24,575 bases of DNA, from contig JBJHDE010000006.1 in NCBI GenBank assembly GCA_050486385.1, forward strand, positions 1 to 24,575, given 5' to 3'. Below, piece after piece: positions 8,296 through 16,230 of this stretch. Within the stretch, counting starts at the first letter, position 1; every line of letters begins with the position of its first letter. The notes beneath the pieces are model-generated. The model searched no databases. It saw only the letters and a list, made by a program, of their open reading frames with translations, and was not told the DNA's origin. The position numbers and the translations under genes were made by a program. This stretch comes from Planctomycetales bacterium. GTDB taxonomy: Bacteria; Planctomycetota; Planctomycetia; Pirellulales; Pb10988.

Positions 8296-10146
8296 ATGAC
8301 CTCACCGAGTGTGTATGAGTACGACGTCCTGGTCATTGGGGCGGGCCATGCCGGATGCGAGGCCGCCGCGGCCTCCGCCCGGTTGGGGGCACGCACCGCC
8401 CTGCTGAGCTTGAGCTGCGACACCGTCGGAGCCATGAGCTGCAATCCGGCCATCGGAGGGGTCGCCAAGGGGCAGATTGTTCGCGAGATCGACGCCCTGG
8501 GCGGACTCATGGGGCGGGCGATCGACCAGACCGGCATCCAGTTCCGCTTGCTGAATCGCCGCAAGGGTCCGGCGATGCACAGTCCCCGGGCCCAGGCCGA
8601 CAAGAAGGCCTACCAGAACCACATCAAGGCCCTGATCGAAGGCATCGAGGGACTCGACCTGCGGCAAGAGACCGTCGAGGGCCTGCTGGCCGAGCCAACC
8701 GGCTGGGACGAACCCGGCCAACCAGCCTGGACAATTCGTGGCGTGCGGGTGCGGGGACCCGCCGAGTATCGCGCTCGGTGCGTGGTGCTGACGACTGGCA
8801 CCTTTCTGCAGGCCCTGATGCACACCGGCGAGAGCAAAACCGCCGGCGGGCGGGCCGGCGAAGGCACCACCGGCGGGCTCAGCCAGAGCCTCCGCGAGTT
8901 GGGCTTTCAGCTCGAGCGCTTCAAGACCGGCACACCCCCGCGGCTCAATGGACGCACCATCGACTACACACGGCTCGAGGCCCAGCCGGGCGACGACATT
9001 CCCCAGCCGTTCAGCTTTCTGACGCCGGAGATCACCCAGCCGCAGATTCCCTGCTGGATCACCTACACCAACGCCGCGGCGCACGAGTTGATTCGCGCGA
9101 ACCTGAGCCGCGCGCCGATGTATTCGGGTCAGATCAACACCACCGGACCCCGCTACTGCCCGTCCATCGAAGACAAGGTGGTGCGCTTCGCCGACAAGGA
9201 TCGGCACCAGGTGTTTCTTGAGCCCGAAGGCCGCGAGACCCACGAAGTCTACGTCAACGGCATCTCCACCAGCCTGCCCCGCGACGTGCAGGACCGTCTG
9301 TTGCCGTTGGTGCCGGGGCTGGAACGGGCCCAGATTATGCGCTACGGCTACGCGGTCGAGTACGACTACTCGCCGCCCGAGCAGTTGCAGCCAAGTCTGG
9401 AGACCAAGCGGGTTGGCGGCCTGTTTTTGGCCGGGCAACTCAACGGGACCACCGGCTACGAGGAAGCCGCCGCCCAGGGTCTGGTGGCGGGGATCAATGC
9501 CGCGCGACGGCTCCGCGACCAGGAGCCCTTCGTCATGGATCGCAGCCAAGGCTACATCGGCGTGCTGATCGACGACCTGGTGACCTGCGGCGTCGACGAG
9601 CCCTACCGGATGTTTACCAGTCGGGCCGAGTACCGCTTGCTGCTGCGGCAGGATAACGCCGATCGCCGGCTCACCCCGCTGGGGCGCGAGCTGGGCCTGG
9701 TCGACGACCACCGCTGGCGGGTGTTCTCGGCCAAGGCCGAGGCCATCGCTCGCTGGAGCGATTTCGTCGCCACCCGCCGTCACGAAGGCACGGTGCTGGC
9801 CAAATGGCTGGCCCGGCCCGAGACCGAGTGGTCGCACCTGGTGGCGTGGTATCCGGAACTGGCCGAAGTGCCCGGCGAGGTGGCCGACCAGGTGGCCTAC
9901 GACGCCCAGTACGCCGGCTACATCGCACGACAGCAGGTCGAGGTCGAGCGGCAACAGCGATTGGCCGAGAAGCGGATCCCCGAATCGTTTGACTATCAGC
10001 GGATTAAGCAACTCCGCAAAGAGGCCCGCGAGAAGCTCTCACGCGTTCGCCCCACAAGCCTGGCTCAGGCGGCCCGGATCAGCGGCATCACCCCGGCCGA
10101 CCTGGCGCTGGTCACGGCCTATCTGCATCGCCCGGCGTCGGCTTGA
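8296..10146 (+). CDS. mnmG: tRNA uridine-5-carboxymethylaminomethyl(34) synthesis enzyme MnmG (GidA)
   Basis: [19 protein letters not shown]-binding motif, [83 protein letters not shown]-like C-terminus. Start placed at ATG 8296 (in frame with ORF 7741..10146). Confidence 0.98.
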   Translation: MTSPSVYEYDVLVIGAGHAGCEAAAASARLGARTALLSLSCDTVGAMSCNPAIGGVAKGQIVREIDALGGLMGRAIDQTGIQFRLLNRRKGPAMHSPRAQADKKAYQNHIKALIEGIEGLDLRQETVEGLLAEPTGWDEPGQPAWTIRGVRVRGPAEYRARCVVLTTGTFLQALMHTGESKTAGGRAGEGTTGGLSQSLRELGFQLERFKTGTPPRLNGRTIDYTRLEAQPGDDIPQPFSFLTPEITQPQIPCWITYTNAAAHELIRANLSRAPMYSGQINTTGPRYCPSIEDKVVRFADKDRHQVFLEPEGRETHEVYVNGISTSLPRDVQDRLLPLVPGLERAQIMRYGYAVEYDYSPPEQLQPSLETKRVGGLFLAGQLNGTTGYEEAAAQGLVAGINAARRLRDQEPFVMDRSQGYIGVLIDDLVTCGVDEPYRMFTSRAEYRLLLRQDNADRRLTPLGRELGLVDDHRWRVFSAKAEAIARWSDFVATRRHEGTVLAKWLARPETEWSHLVAWYPELAEVPGEVADQVAYDAQYAGYIARQQVEVERQQRLAEKRIPESFDYQRIKQLRKEAREKLSRVRPTSLAQAARISGITPADLALVTAYLHRPASA

Positions 10147-11458
10147 CCGAGACCGGCGGGCTTTTCAGACCCGCGGTGTTGACGGCCACAATCTCGTAGT
10201 CGGAGCCGTCCGGCTCGGCGTCAAGAAACTCCAGGGCCGGATGCTTGGGCTGCGGCGTGTCGTGATACGACAGGCCCTGAAACGGTTTGTGTGGGGCAAG
10301 TCCCTCGGGATGCTGGGCCAGGGGCTCGCCGCCCCGCAAAATGAGAAAGCCCGCCAGGCCGCTTTCCAGGTCGGCGGTGGCCCGCCACGCCAGCCGCACC
10401 GAGCCATCGTCCCGCCGCTCGGCCACGGCGTCGAACACCGGCGGCGGCTCGCTGGTGTCTTCCACAATCCCACTGGCCGTGTACTGCTCCCAGGCCTTGG
10501 CGACTCGGGCGTTGGGCAGCCAGACCGAGCGTTTCAGGTCGCCGTCAAACTCCGCGGCTGGCACCGCCCGCTCGCCACGGAAGGCCGCCAGCCAGGCCTC
10601 GGCCTGGTCGACTTTGCGGAGCTTCGCATGGGGGGCCTCGGCCGGGGGCAACCGCATCGCCAGGCAGGCATCGAAAAACGGAATGGCCAGGTACCGCGAG
10701 GTCCCGCAGTCGTGGCCCGAGTTGGGCCCCGGGGCAAAGCCAATCGGTGCCCCGCGGCCGCGATAGTCCTCAAACATGGCCACCGAGGCATTCCACAGCC
10801 CGCCGAATCGCGGGTCGCCTTCTTCCTTGGCGCCGGGATTGCTCATCATGGGAATGCCGAACATCGCCTCGGGCAGCTCGGGCTCGGGGATCTCGCCCTT
10901 GTTCCACACGCCGTAAGCCGTGCCCGATCGGAACCAGATGGCCACAATGCGCTCGGGGTACATGGTCTGCATCAGGCTCGACCAGAACGCCCCGCCCGAA
11001 TGCCCCCACAGGCACCAAGGCACGTCGCGGATCTCGGGCCGCTGGGTCTTCTCGGCCAGGTCGTCCAGGGCTTGCAAAAAGCGGTCGGCCGAGCCGTTGC
11101 GCGGATCGCACCACAGCCGGCAATTCGAGCCCTCGGGCTGTTCGATGCTGGGGCCCAGCAGGGCACAGTCCCACTTGGCGGCCAGGGCCTGCCAGTGCAA
11201 ATCGGCGGCGGCGGTCCGACCGCCTTCGCCGGCCCCTCGCCCGCAACCGTGCTGATGGACGATGATCCCGCGAATCCGCCTTGCGCCGTCGGGCACCCAC
11301 AGGCGATAGGTCACGGCGAAGGACAGCTCGCCTTCTTCGGTTCCCGGGGGATAGGCAACCTCGTGGATTTGGCCTTGGGCCGCCAAGGGCCCCTGGCCCA
11401 GGCCCAGCACCACGCCCGCCAACAGGGCCCACCCCATCCTTCGCCATGCCGTGTGCAT
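10112..11458 (-). CDS. Secreted alpha/beta-hydrolase-like protein with C-terminal fibronectin type III-like domain
   Basis: Signal-peptide-like N-terminus ([20 protein letters not shown]); GxSxG nucleophile elbow in WGHSGGA; candidate catalytic His in GHDCG; C-terminal VRLAW...[13 protein letters not shown]...[15 protein letters not shown] resembles FN3. Substrate unknown. Confidence 0.75.
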   Translation of the reverse strand: MHTAWRRMGWALLAGVVLGLGQGPLAAQGQIHEVAYPPGTEEGELSFAVTYRLWVPDGARRIRGIIVHQHGCGRGAGEGGRTAAADLHWQALAAKWDCALLGPSIEQPEGSNCRLWCDPRNGSADRFLQALDDLAEKTQRPEIRDVPWCLWGHSGGAFWSSLMQTMYPERIVAIWFRSGTAYGVWNKGEIPEPELPEAMFGIPMMSNPGAKEEGDPRFGGLWNASVAMFEDYRGRGAPIGFAPGPNSGHDCGTSRYLAIPFFDACLAMRLPPAEAPHAKLRKVDQAEAWLAAFRGERAVPAAEFDGDLKRSVWLPNARVAKAWEQYTASGIVEDTSEPPPVFDAVAERRDDGSVRLAWRATADLESGLAGFLILRGGEPLAQHPEGLAPHKPFQGLSYHDTPQPKHPALEFLDAEPDGSDYEIVAVNTAGLKSPPVSVKPTPGDADRP

Positions 11459-11605
11459 GCTACATTCCCTAACGGTTGCGATTGCGTCCCCAGACCCCAG
11501 CGGCCGCCCCGCCGCGGATTGGGCCGCGGCGGCCAGTCCGTAACATACGCACTGGCCGCGCCGACCCCAAGTCGGGGCGGGTCGAGAAACCGGACCGAAG
11601 GCCGA

Positions 11606-12229
11606 CTAGCTCTCGGGCGAGGGCTCCAGGGTCGATGAGCCTTCGGGCCGCTCGGGGTCAAAGCCCTCGGCAAAGGCATCGCGGAGCAAACGCAGACCGC
11701 CCCGCGTGAGTCGCAAGGCCCGATCGCCCTCGACATGCACGAGCCGCGCACAATCCGCCTCGGCGGGCGGGACGCCGGGTTCCAGGTCGAACAGCAGCGT
11801 CCAGGGGCCGTGTTCGCTATCAAAGCGGAGGGCCCATTGGGCGGCCGGGGGGCAAGTGGGGTCGAGCGGCTCGGTCCAGCGGAAGGTGTGATCGTAGACC
11901 AACGTCCGCCGCGCAAACGTCAGGGTGGTGCCCACGCCACGGACAATCGGCTTGCGCTCGACGATCCGCCAACGCCGATCGCCCCAAGTCACGGTATCGG
12001 CGTCGTCGTCGGAATCCTCGGCTGGTTCCAGCCGCCAGGCCTCGGCGGCCTCGGCGGTTCGCAGCACCTGGGCACCCGTCGTCCCCCAGTAGGCCCGCGC
12101 CTGGGCCGTCTGGCTGGACTGCCAAAGGTAGGTCCCCACCGCGGCGGCCAGTCCGCACAGCAGCAGGAACAGCACACTGAGTTTTCCGCTCACTCCCCGC
12201 GTCACGCCGTCGGGGCTGTCTGTCATCAT
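11606..12229 (-). CDS. Hypothetical membrane-anchored protein (~207 aa)
   Basis: N-terminal TM LSVLFLLLCGLAAAVGTYLWQ followed by a soluble domain; co-oriented upstream of the hydrolase gene. Start could be ATG 12229/12226 or GTG 12238. Confidence 0.7.
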   Translation of the reverse strand: MMTDSPDGVTRGVSGKLSVLFLLLCGLAAAVGTYLWQSSQTAQARAYWGTTGAQVLRTAEAAEAWRLEPAEDSDDDADTVTWGDRRWRIVERKPIVRGVGTTLTFARRTLVYDHTFRWTEPLDPTCPPAAQWALRFDSEHGPWTLLFDLEPGVPPAEADCARLVHVEGDRALRLTRGGLRLLRDAFAEGFDPERPEGSSTLEPSPES

Positions 12230-12411
12230 GGATCGCACCGCACCGGTCGGGGCCGAATTCCGCTAGTCGATTGTAGGCGCTCCGCCCGCCGTCAGCGACG
12301 CCACCCGGGTTGTCGCATCGGCGGCCCGGGTGGCCGGCCAGGGGGTGCTTCCTTCCTGACCGTCGGGCGTTAGGCTGGGGCGATTGATTTGCCCCGCGGA
12401 ATCCGACGAGC

Positions 12412-12654
12412 ATGCCCGACCGATTCGATCCCTATCGCGAAGCCTTGGTCCTGGAAGAGGACACCCGCTGGCCCGAGGATCTGCCCCCCTTAACGCAGGA
12501 TGAGCGGGTCGCCTTGGCCCGGCATCTGCACGGCCACGCCGACCAGGCCGAGCACCTGGACTACATCCGCCTGCACACCGGCTTCTGCCGCCGGATCACG
12601 GTCACGGCCGAGGACTTCGCACGATGGCGGGAGGGGACGCCCGGCGGTGAGTGA
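12412..12654 (+). CDS. Small hypothetical protein (80 aa)
   Basis: MPDRFDPYREALVLEEDTRWPEDL...YIRLHTGFCRRITVTAEDFARW; protein-like composition, GC3 bias, occupies otherwise empty space, ggaa motif upstream. Confidence 0.75.
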   Translation: MPDRFDPYREALVLEEDTRWPEDLPPLTQDERVALARHLHGHADQAEHLDYIRLHTGFCRRITVTAEDFARWREGTPGGE

Positions 12655-12738
12655 ATGACGGTCGCGACTGGGGCGGCGACTGGGGCGGCGATTGAGGTCG
12701 CCCAATCCCTGCGCCCCACTGGCTTCGAATGAATCTTT

Positions 12739-12993
12739 CGCACGCCTTCGAACCGTGCGGAAATCAGACGGCTTAACCTGTCTTGTCAAGCCTGCCGAAC
12801 AAAGCATCTCGTGTCACGCGGCCCATTCGGCATTGACTCCCCGAATCAGAAGGAACTCACCACGAAGACGCGCAGAGCGCGAAGGTGGGGCACGACATCT
12901 TCGCGCTCTTTGCGTCTTCGTGGTTCAACAGGTTTTGCCGCGGCGAGTCTTCCGGTGCCGTTTGGCAAGTTCGTAAACTCTTGCAGGCAACGG
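12739..12993 (-). mobile_element. Dispersed ~250 bp repeat, copy B (inverted relative to copy A)
   Basis: 12981-12993 ttgcaggcaacgg is the exact reverse complement of 7371-7383; further shared blocks gtttacgaac, ggcaccgg, gttgaacc, aagagcgcgaagaYgtcgtgYcccaccttcgcg, gtcRatgccgaa, cgcgtgac, gtctgatKtccgcacKgttcgaag occur in the same order. Confidence 0.65.
12859..12924. repeat. Long REP-like hairpin inside copy B
   Basis: accacgaagacgc-gc-agagcgcgaag ... cttcgcgctct-tt-gcgtcttcgtggt: 13 bp and 11 bp perfect stems separated by a 2x2 internal loop. Confidence 0.85.
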
Positions 12994-13069
12994 TAAGGCC
13001 CGGTCACGGCCGCCGACCTCATGCCGAGGCGCGACGTGAAGCCGGCCGGTGATTCACCCGCCGGGGTCC

Positions 13070-13570
13070 TCAGTCGAGCAATGTGTCGATTGCTCGTCGG
13101 AGCATCTTGACAAAGAGGCGACCGGCTGGAGCAAACAACAACCGGGTCGGGGTGAAGGGGCAATCCAGCGGCGAATGAAGCAGGCCCGTGTGGTCCTCCC
13201 ACGGATACTCGCAGTTGTCGGGACGCTGACCATTTCGCTTCATGGCCGGGTTCAGAATCTCGATTTCCTGGGCCAGGTGTCGGATGTACCGCATCTGGCT
13301 TTCCAGATTGACCTGCGGTCTTGAGCGAACAATCAATTCGCGAATCGCGACCGGCAGCGGCTTGGCAATATAGCCATGGCTGGTTTGCAGGGAGGACACC
13401 GCGGTTCCGGCACTGATCAGATAGGCTTTGCAGAGTTTCTCGCAGCACATCTGGAGCAACATCAGTCGATGGCACTCCTCGAAGGGCTCTTCATCCATCG
13501 CCTGCCACGCCTTGTAGTCCGCATCCGCTTGACGCGCGTAGGCGTAGGCCCATTCAGCGACGGTGCTCAC
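13070..13570 (-). CDS. HEPN-domain-like protein (166 aa), putative toxin
   Basis: Pattern ARQADADY...LQMCCEKLCKAYL...TSH...EYPW parallels the HEPN (PF05168-type) signature A..Dl..A...QQavEKalKA.l...ktH...RYp; recognised by eye only. GTG start overlaps the upstream stop (GTGA). Confidence 0.65.
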   Translation of the reverse strand: MSTVAEWAYAYARQADADYKAWQAMDEEPFEECHRLMLLQMCCEKLCKAYLISAGTAVSSLQTSHGYIAKPLPVAIRELIVRSRPQVNLESQMRYIRHLAQEIEILNPAMKRNGQRPDNCEYPWEDHTGLLHSPLDCPFTPTRLLFAPAGRLFVKMLRRAIDTLLD

Positions 13571-13905
13571 ACCTCACCCAGGGGATCAGGGCGAGGGATC
13601 TCTGGCCCGATACTCCACCCGTGCGGAAGCTGAAGGCGGTCGTCGCGGAGGTGATCGAACTCGACGGGGGTGATCTCCACGATCACACACCGGTAGGGGA
13701 TTCCCGAGTCCGGTGCTGGGGCGAAACCAATCGGCATCACTCCCGATGGGGCTGTGTACTGGTTGATTTCGAGCAGCTTGATCGGCTCGCCAGGATCGCG
13801 TTCCTGCGAATCGTCGCCGACAATGCGATACACATGCGTCAGCCCTTGCTCCACTTCGTAGTGTTTGAACGCTAAGAAACGTGCGATTTCGTCCTTGTCA
13901 GGCAC
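13567..13905 (-). CDS. Hypothetical protein (112 aa), possibly a degenerate minimal-nucleotidyltransferase-fold partner of the HEPN-like gene
   Basis: GTG at 13905 preceded by SD-like GAGGTGA; C-terminal VIVEITPVEF resembles the 'vlvyTpeEf' end of MNT domains but no GSxxxG/DxD motif is visible. 4-nt overlap with the downstream gene. Confidence 0.75.
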   Translation of the reverse strand: MPDKDEIARFLAFKHYEVEQGLTHVYRIVGDDSQERDPGEPIKLLEINQYTAPSGVMPIGFAPAPDSGIPYRCVIVEITPVEFDHLRDDRLQLPHGWSIGPEIPRPDPLGEV

Positions 13906-14106
13906 GGGCTCACCTCTAGCTGGGCTCAATGTGCTCGGGTCACCATAATTTTAGCCCGCCAGCCTCGCCGAGCCAATTACGGAACCTGACCTCCCGCCCC
14001 GACTGGGGCGCATCGGCACCTGGACCGAACAAACCGCGCCGCCAGTTCGCGACGCCGTCCACGTTGAGTCCGGACACTTCCCCCAAGATCCCCACCCGCA
14101 ACCCGA

Positions 14107-14451
14107 TCACTCGGCGGTGGCGGACTGCTCGACCGGCAGGCTCAGGGCCTCGTCCAGGGGTGCCGGGCCGTCCAGCGGCCAACCCAAATCGCGGAGCACC
14201 CGCGCTAAGTGGGCCTGGGCCGCGGCGGGCGTGCCGTAGCTGGAGAACTCCTTGAGCACGCGGCTTCGCGCCGGTCGCCCGTCGGAAGACTCCTGCTGCA
14301 TCTGCCGCCACAGCTCCCAGCGGAAGATGGGCACATCGGCCGGGGCATCGATGCCGATGCGGACCTTGTCGCCGCGGATGTCGGTCACGGTGATCACGAT
14401 GTTGTCGTCGATGACGATCCGCTCGTCGCGGGTTCGCGAGAGTACGAGCAT
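14107..14451 (-). CDS. csrA: Carbon storage regulator CsrA-family protein with ~55 aa C-terminal extension
   Basis: MLVLSRTRDERIVIDDNIVITVTDIRGDKVRIGIDAPADVPIFRWEL matches the CsrA consensus (MLVLSR..E.I.I.D.I.I.V..I.G.KVRIGI.AP..V.I.R.E); GGAGG 9 nt upstream of ATG 14451 (GTG 14457 is an alternative). Confidence 0.9.
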   Translation of the reverse strand: MLVLSRTRDERIVIDDNIVITVTDIRGDKVRIGIDAPADVPIFRWELWRQMQQESSDGRPARSRVLKEFSSYGTPAAAQAHLARVLRDLGWPLDGPAPLDEALSLPVEQSATAE

Positions 14452-14534
14452 GGGCACACGCCTCCAAACCGGTGCTGGGGAACGCTAGGCGAAGCCGCGA
14501 CCCCCCGCCATGAGGACCCGCGGATGATCCGTCG

Positions 14535-14975
14535 TCAGGGCCGCCCCTCGGACACTGGGCGCGACAGCAAGTCCACGCACAGCTCGTTGAGGCTCACCCG
14601 CTTCTCGTTGGCCAACTCCTTCAAAAATCGGTGCAAGGCCGGATGCATCCGCACGGTGATCGTCCGCCGGTCGCCGCCGTCCTCCTCACCCACACTCTCC
14701 GTTTCACCCTCGCTGACCAATTCGGCAATAAAGCGAATCGGCCGGCGCAATTGCGAAGCGACAAACTCGGTGACCAGCGTGCGGTACAGCCACACCGCCC
14801 CCAGATACTCCACCGGGGGACGACGCCGCTGGCACATCCAGTCGACCAGTCGCTTCAACGAGGCCTCGTCCCAACCGCCACAGGTCAGCAACTGATCGGC
14901 CGTGAAAAACGCCCGATCGGGAACGCCGACCGTTTCGTCAAACGCCTGCGGAATGGTGGACACGAGGGCACCCAA
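14535..14975 (-). CDS. Protein with C-terminal ribbon-helix-helix (HicB-like/CopG-like) DNA-binding domain
   Basis: C-terminal RTITVRMHPALHRFLKELANEKRVSLNELCVDLL fits the RHH pattern (beta strand + two helices, 'SLN' turn) seen in HicB-type antitoxin C-termini; N-terminal part unassigned. Start codon uncertain (TTG 14975 or GTG 14963). Confidence 0.75.
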   Translation of the reverse strand: MGALVSTIPQAFDETVGVPDRAFFTADQLLTCGGWDEASLKRLVDWMCQRRRPPVEYLGAVWLYRTLVTEFVASQLRRPIRFIAELVSEGETESVGEEDGGDRRTITVRMHPALHRFLKELANEKRVSLNELCVDLLSRPVSEGRP

Positions 14976-15749
14976 TTTGGTGAATCGACGGGCTGCGGCC
15001 TCCTTGCTATGACAGCAATGCTAGCTTCCGCCTGATTTTACCGATTGAAAATGCCCGAAACCGGCGGTTTTCCGGAGTTTCATTCAACTTTGTTCGCCTA
15101 TTGACAGTACGAACCGAAGCTGTGGAAAACTCGATTTTCCGGGGCGATTCGCTAGCCCTGCCCTTTTCAGCAGTTAAGTCGAGCCGCCGCCCCAGCCCCT
15201 AGATGCTGGCATGCGATTTGCTATGGCCATGCGTTCGATGGGGAGGCACATCGTTTGCTTCCCAGCCCCCCTCGGCACCCCCGCCACGCGCCCGCACCAG
15301 CCCGCATCGGCATCGCTCGCTCCCGTCCACAATTCCCCCACTGGGTCGAAGACTCTTGCGCCGGGCTTGAGGAAACGCGAGGGCTATGCCTTGAGTCGCA
15401 GCCTCCCACCCGGGAGGATCGGACGAGGCGCGTTGCCAAACCGCTGCGATTGACGGATACGATGACTGGCCAGTCGCGGCACAAGCGCTTTGCGGCCATC
15501 GGACTGGCCACTCCCCGCGACGGCCAGCGACCGGTATGACCCGATCGCGCGGGCCGAATGCCATGTGTGGACCAACAAGGCCGCAGACGACTTCAAATGG
15601 ATGATTGGAAGTCCAGCCCAGACTCTCAAGAATAGTGCCAGCGAATAGGGTGTCCTACTCAGGAGTTCCTCACCCACCACGTAAGCCTTCAAAGAGCCAT
15701 AGTGGGCTTTGGCCGGATGTTCGACTTTCACTTGGCAATGGAAGGGAGG

Positions 15750-15818
15750 CTGTTTACTGCCCCCCTGCGCAAGTCTTGGAAAAGTGTGGAAATCAGACGA
15801 TTGGACTCGTGTTGTCAA
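15750..15818 (-). repeat. Partial copy C of the dispersed repeat (3' ~70 bp)
   Basis: ctgtttactgcccccctgcgcaagtcttggaaaagtgtggaaatcagacgattggactcgtgttgtcaa aligns with reverse complement of 7570-7635 (ctgctactgctccctgcgcaagtcttcgaacagtgcggacatcagacagttggacccagttgtccaa). Confidence 0.75.
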
Positions 15819-15826
15819 AGCCCACA

Positions 15827-16026
15827 ACAATTCCACCAACCCTATCAACTCCATCAGCCCTCGGGCGTTAGCCCGGGGTTCTTCCCAAACATCCACCGCT
15901 TGGCAACTCGTCAGAAACCGGACGCTCACGCGTTTCGCGCTGATGATTCCTCGCCATCACAATTCCCCCAACCCCATCAACTCCATCAGCCCTTGGGCGT
16001 TAGCCCGGGGTTCTTCCCAAACATCC
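15827..16026. repeat. 68 bp direct repeat pair (15827-15894, 15959-16026) with an inverted REP-like unit between them (BIME-like)
   Basis: acaattccMccaacccYatcaactccatcagccctYgggcgttagcccggggttcttcccaaacatcc occurs twice, 132 bp apart, 3 mismatches; spacer 15915-15945 (aaaccggacgctcacgcgtttcgcgctgatg) is a diverged reverse complement of the catcagcc...gcgttagcccggggtt core. Confidence 0.9.
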
Positions 16027-16125
16027 TTTGACAAGGGAAAACCCGCCCCGAGTTTACGCCCCGTCCCGGGCGGTGAACGGTTACGTTTTGGGAGGAACTC
16101 TCTGGTCAACAACCGAGACGCGGTC

Positions 16126-16230
16126 GGCCGCTCCCCATGGGATTTTACGAACAAGCCAGAAGCTACCCAGCGGCTTGGAGCGGCGGAAACCGCAAGGACG
16201 CGAGGACCGCAAAGACGCCCGAGAGCGGCG
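16126..16230 (+). repeat. Partial copy D of the dispersed repeat (5' part)
   Basis: 16144-16158 tttacgaacaagcca is identical to 7387-7401; followed by aaccgcaaggacgc...aaagacgc resembling aaccgccaagacgc...aagagcgc of copy A. Confidence 0.55.

Noticed and set aside
8302-10011. 569 aa minus-strand ORF
   Set aside because: Antisense shadow of mnmG.
9989-11638. 549 aa plus-strand ORF
   Set aside because: Antisense shadow of the secreted hydrolase gene; no motifs.
7371-12993. Composite transposon or invertible segment bounded by inverted copies A and B
   Set aside because: Copies are substantially diverged, the enclosed DNA includes housekeeping mnmG, and no recombinase or transposase is present.
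12846-13475. Similar peptide ends in ORFs 7110..7511 (+) and 12846..13475 (-) (VEPxRRxxEREDVVxHLRxLR)
   Set aside because: Explained by translation through the shared non-coding repeat; frames are not preserved across the two copies (indels), so not a protein family.
15000-15780. CsrB/RsmZ-like sRNA upstream of csrA
   Set aside because: No cluster of repeated GGA-loop hairpins on either strand.
15827-16026. Possible CRISPR array
   Set aside because: Only two units, 68 bp long with a spacer that is itself an inverted repeat unit; no cas genes; fits REP/BIME better.
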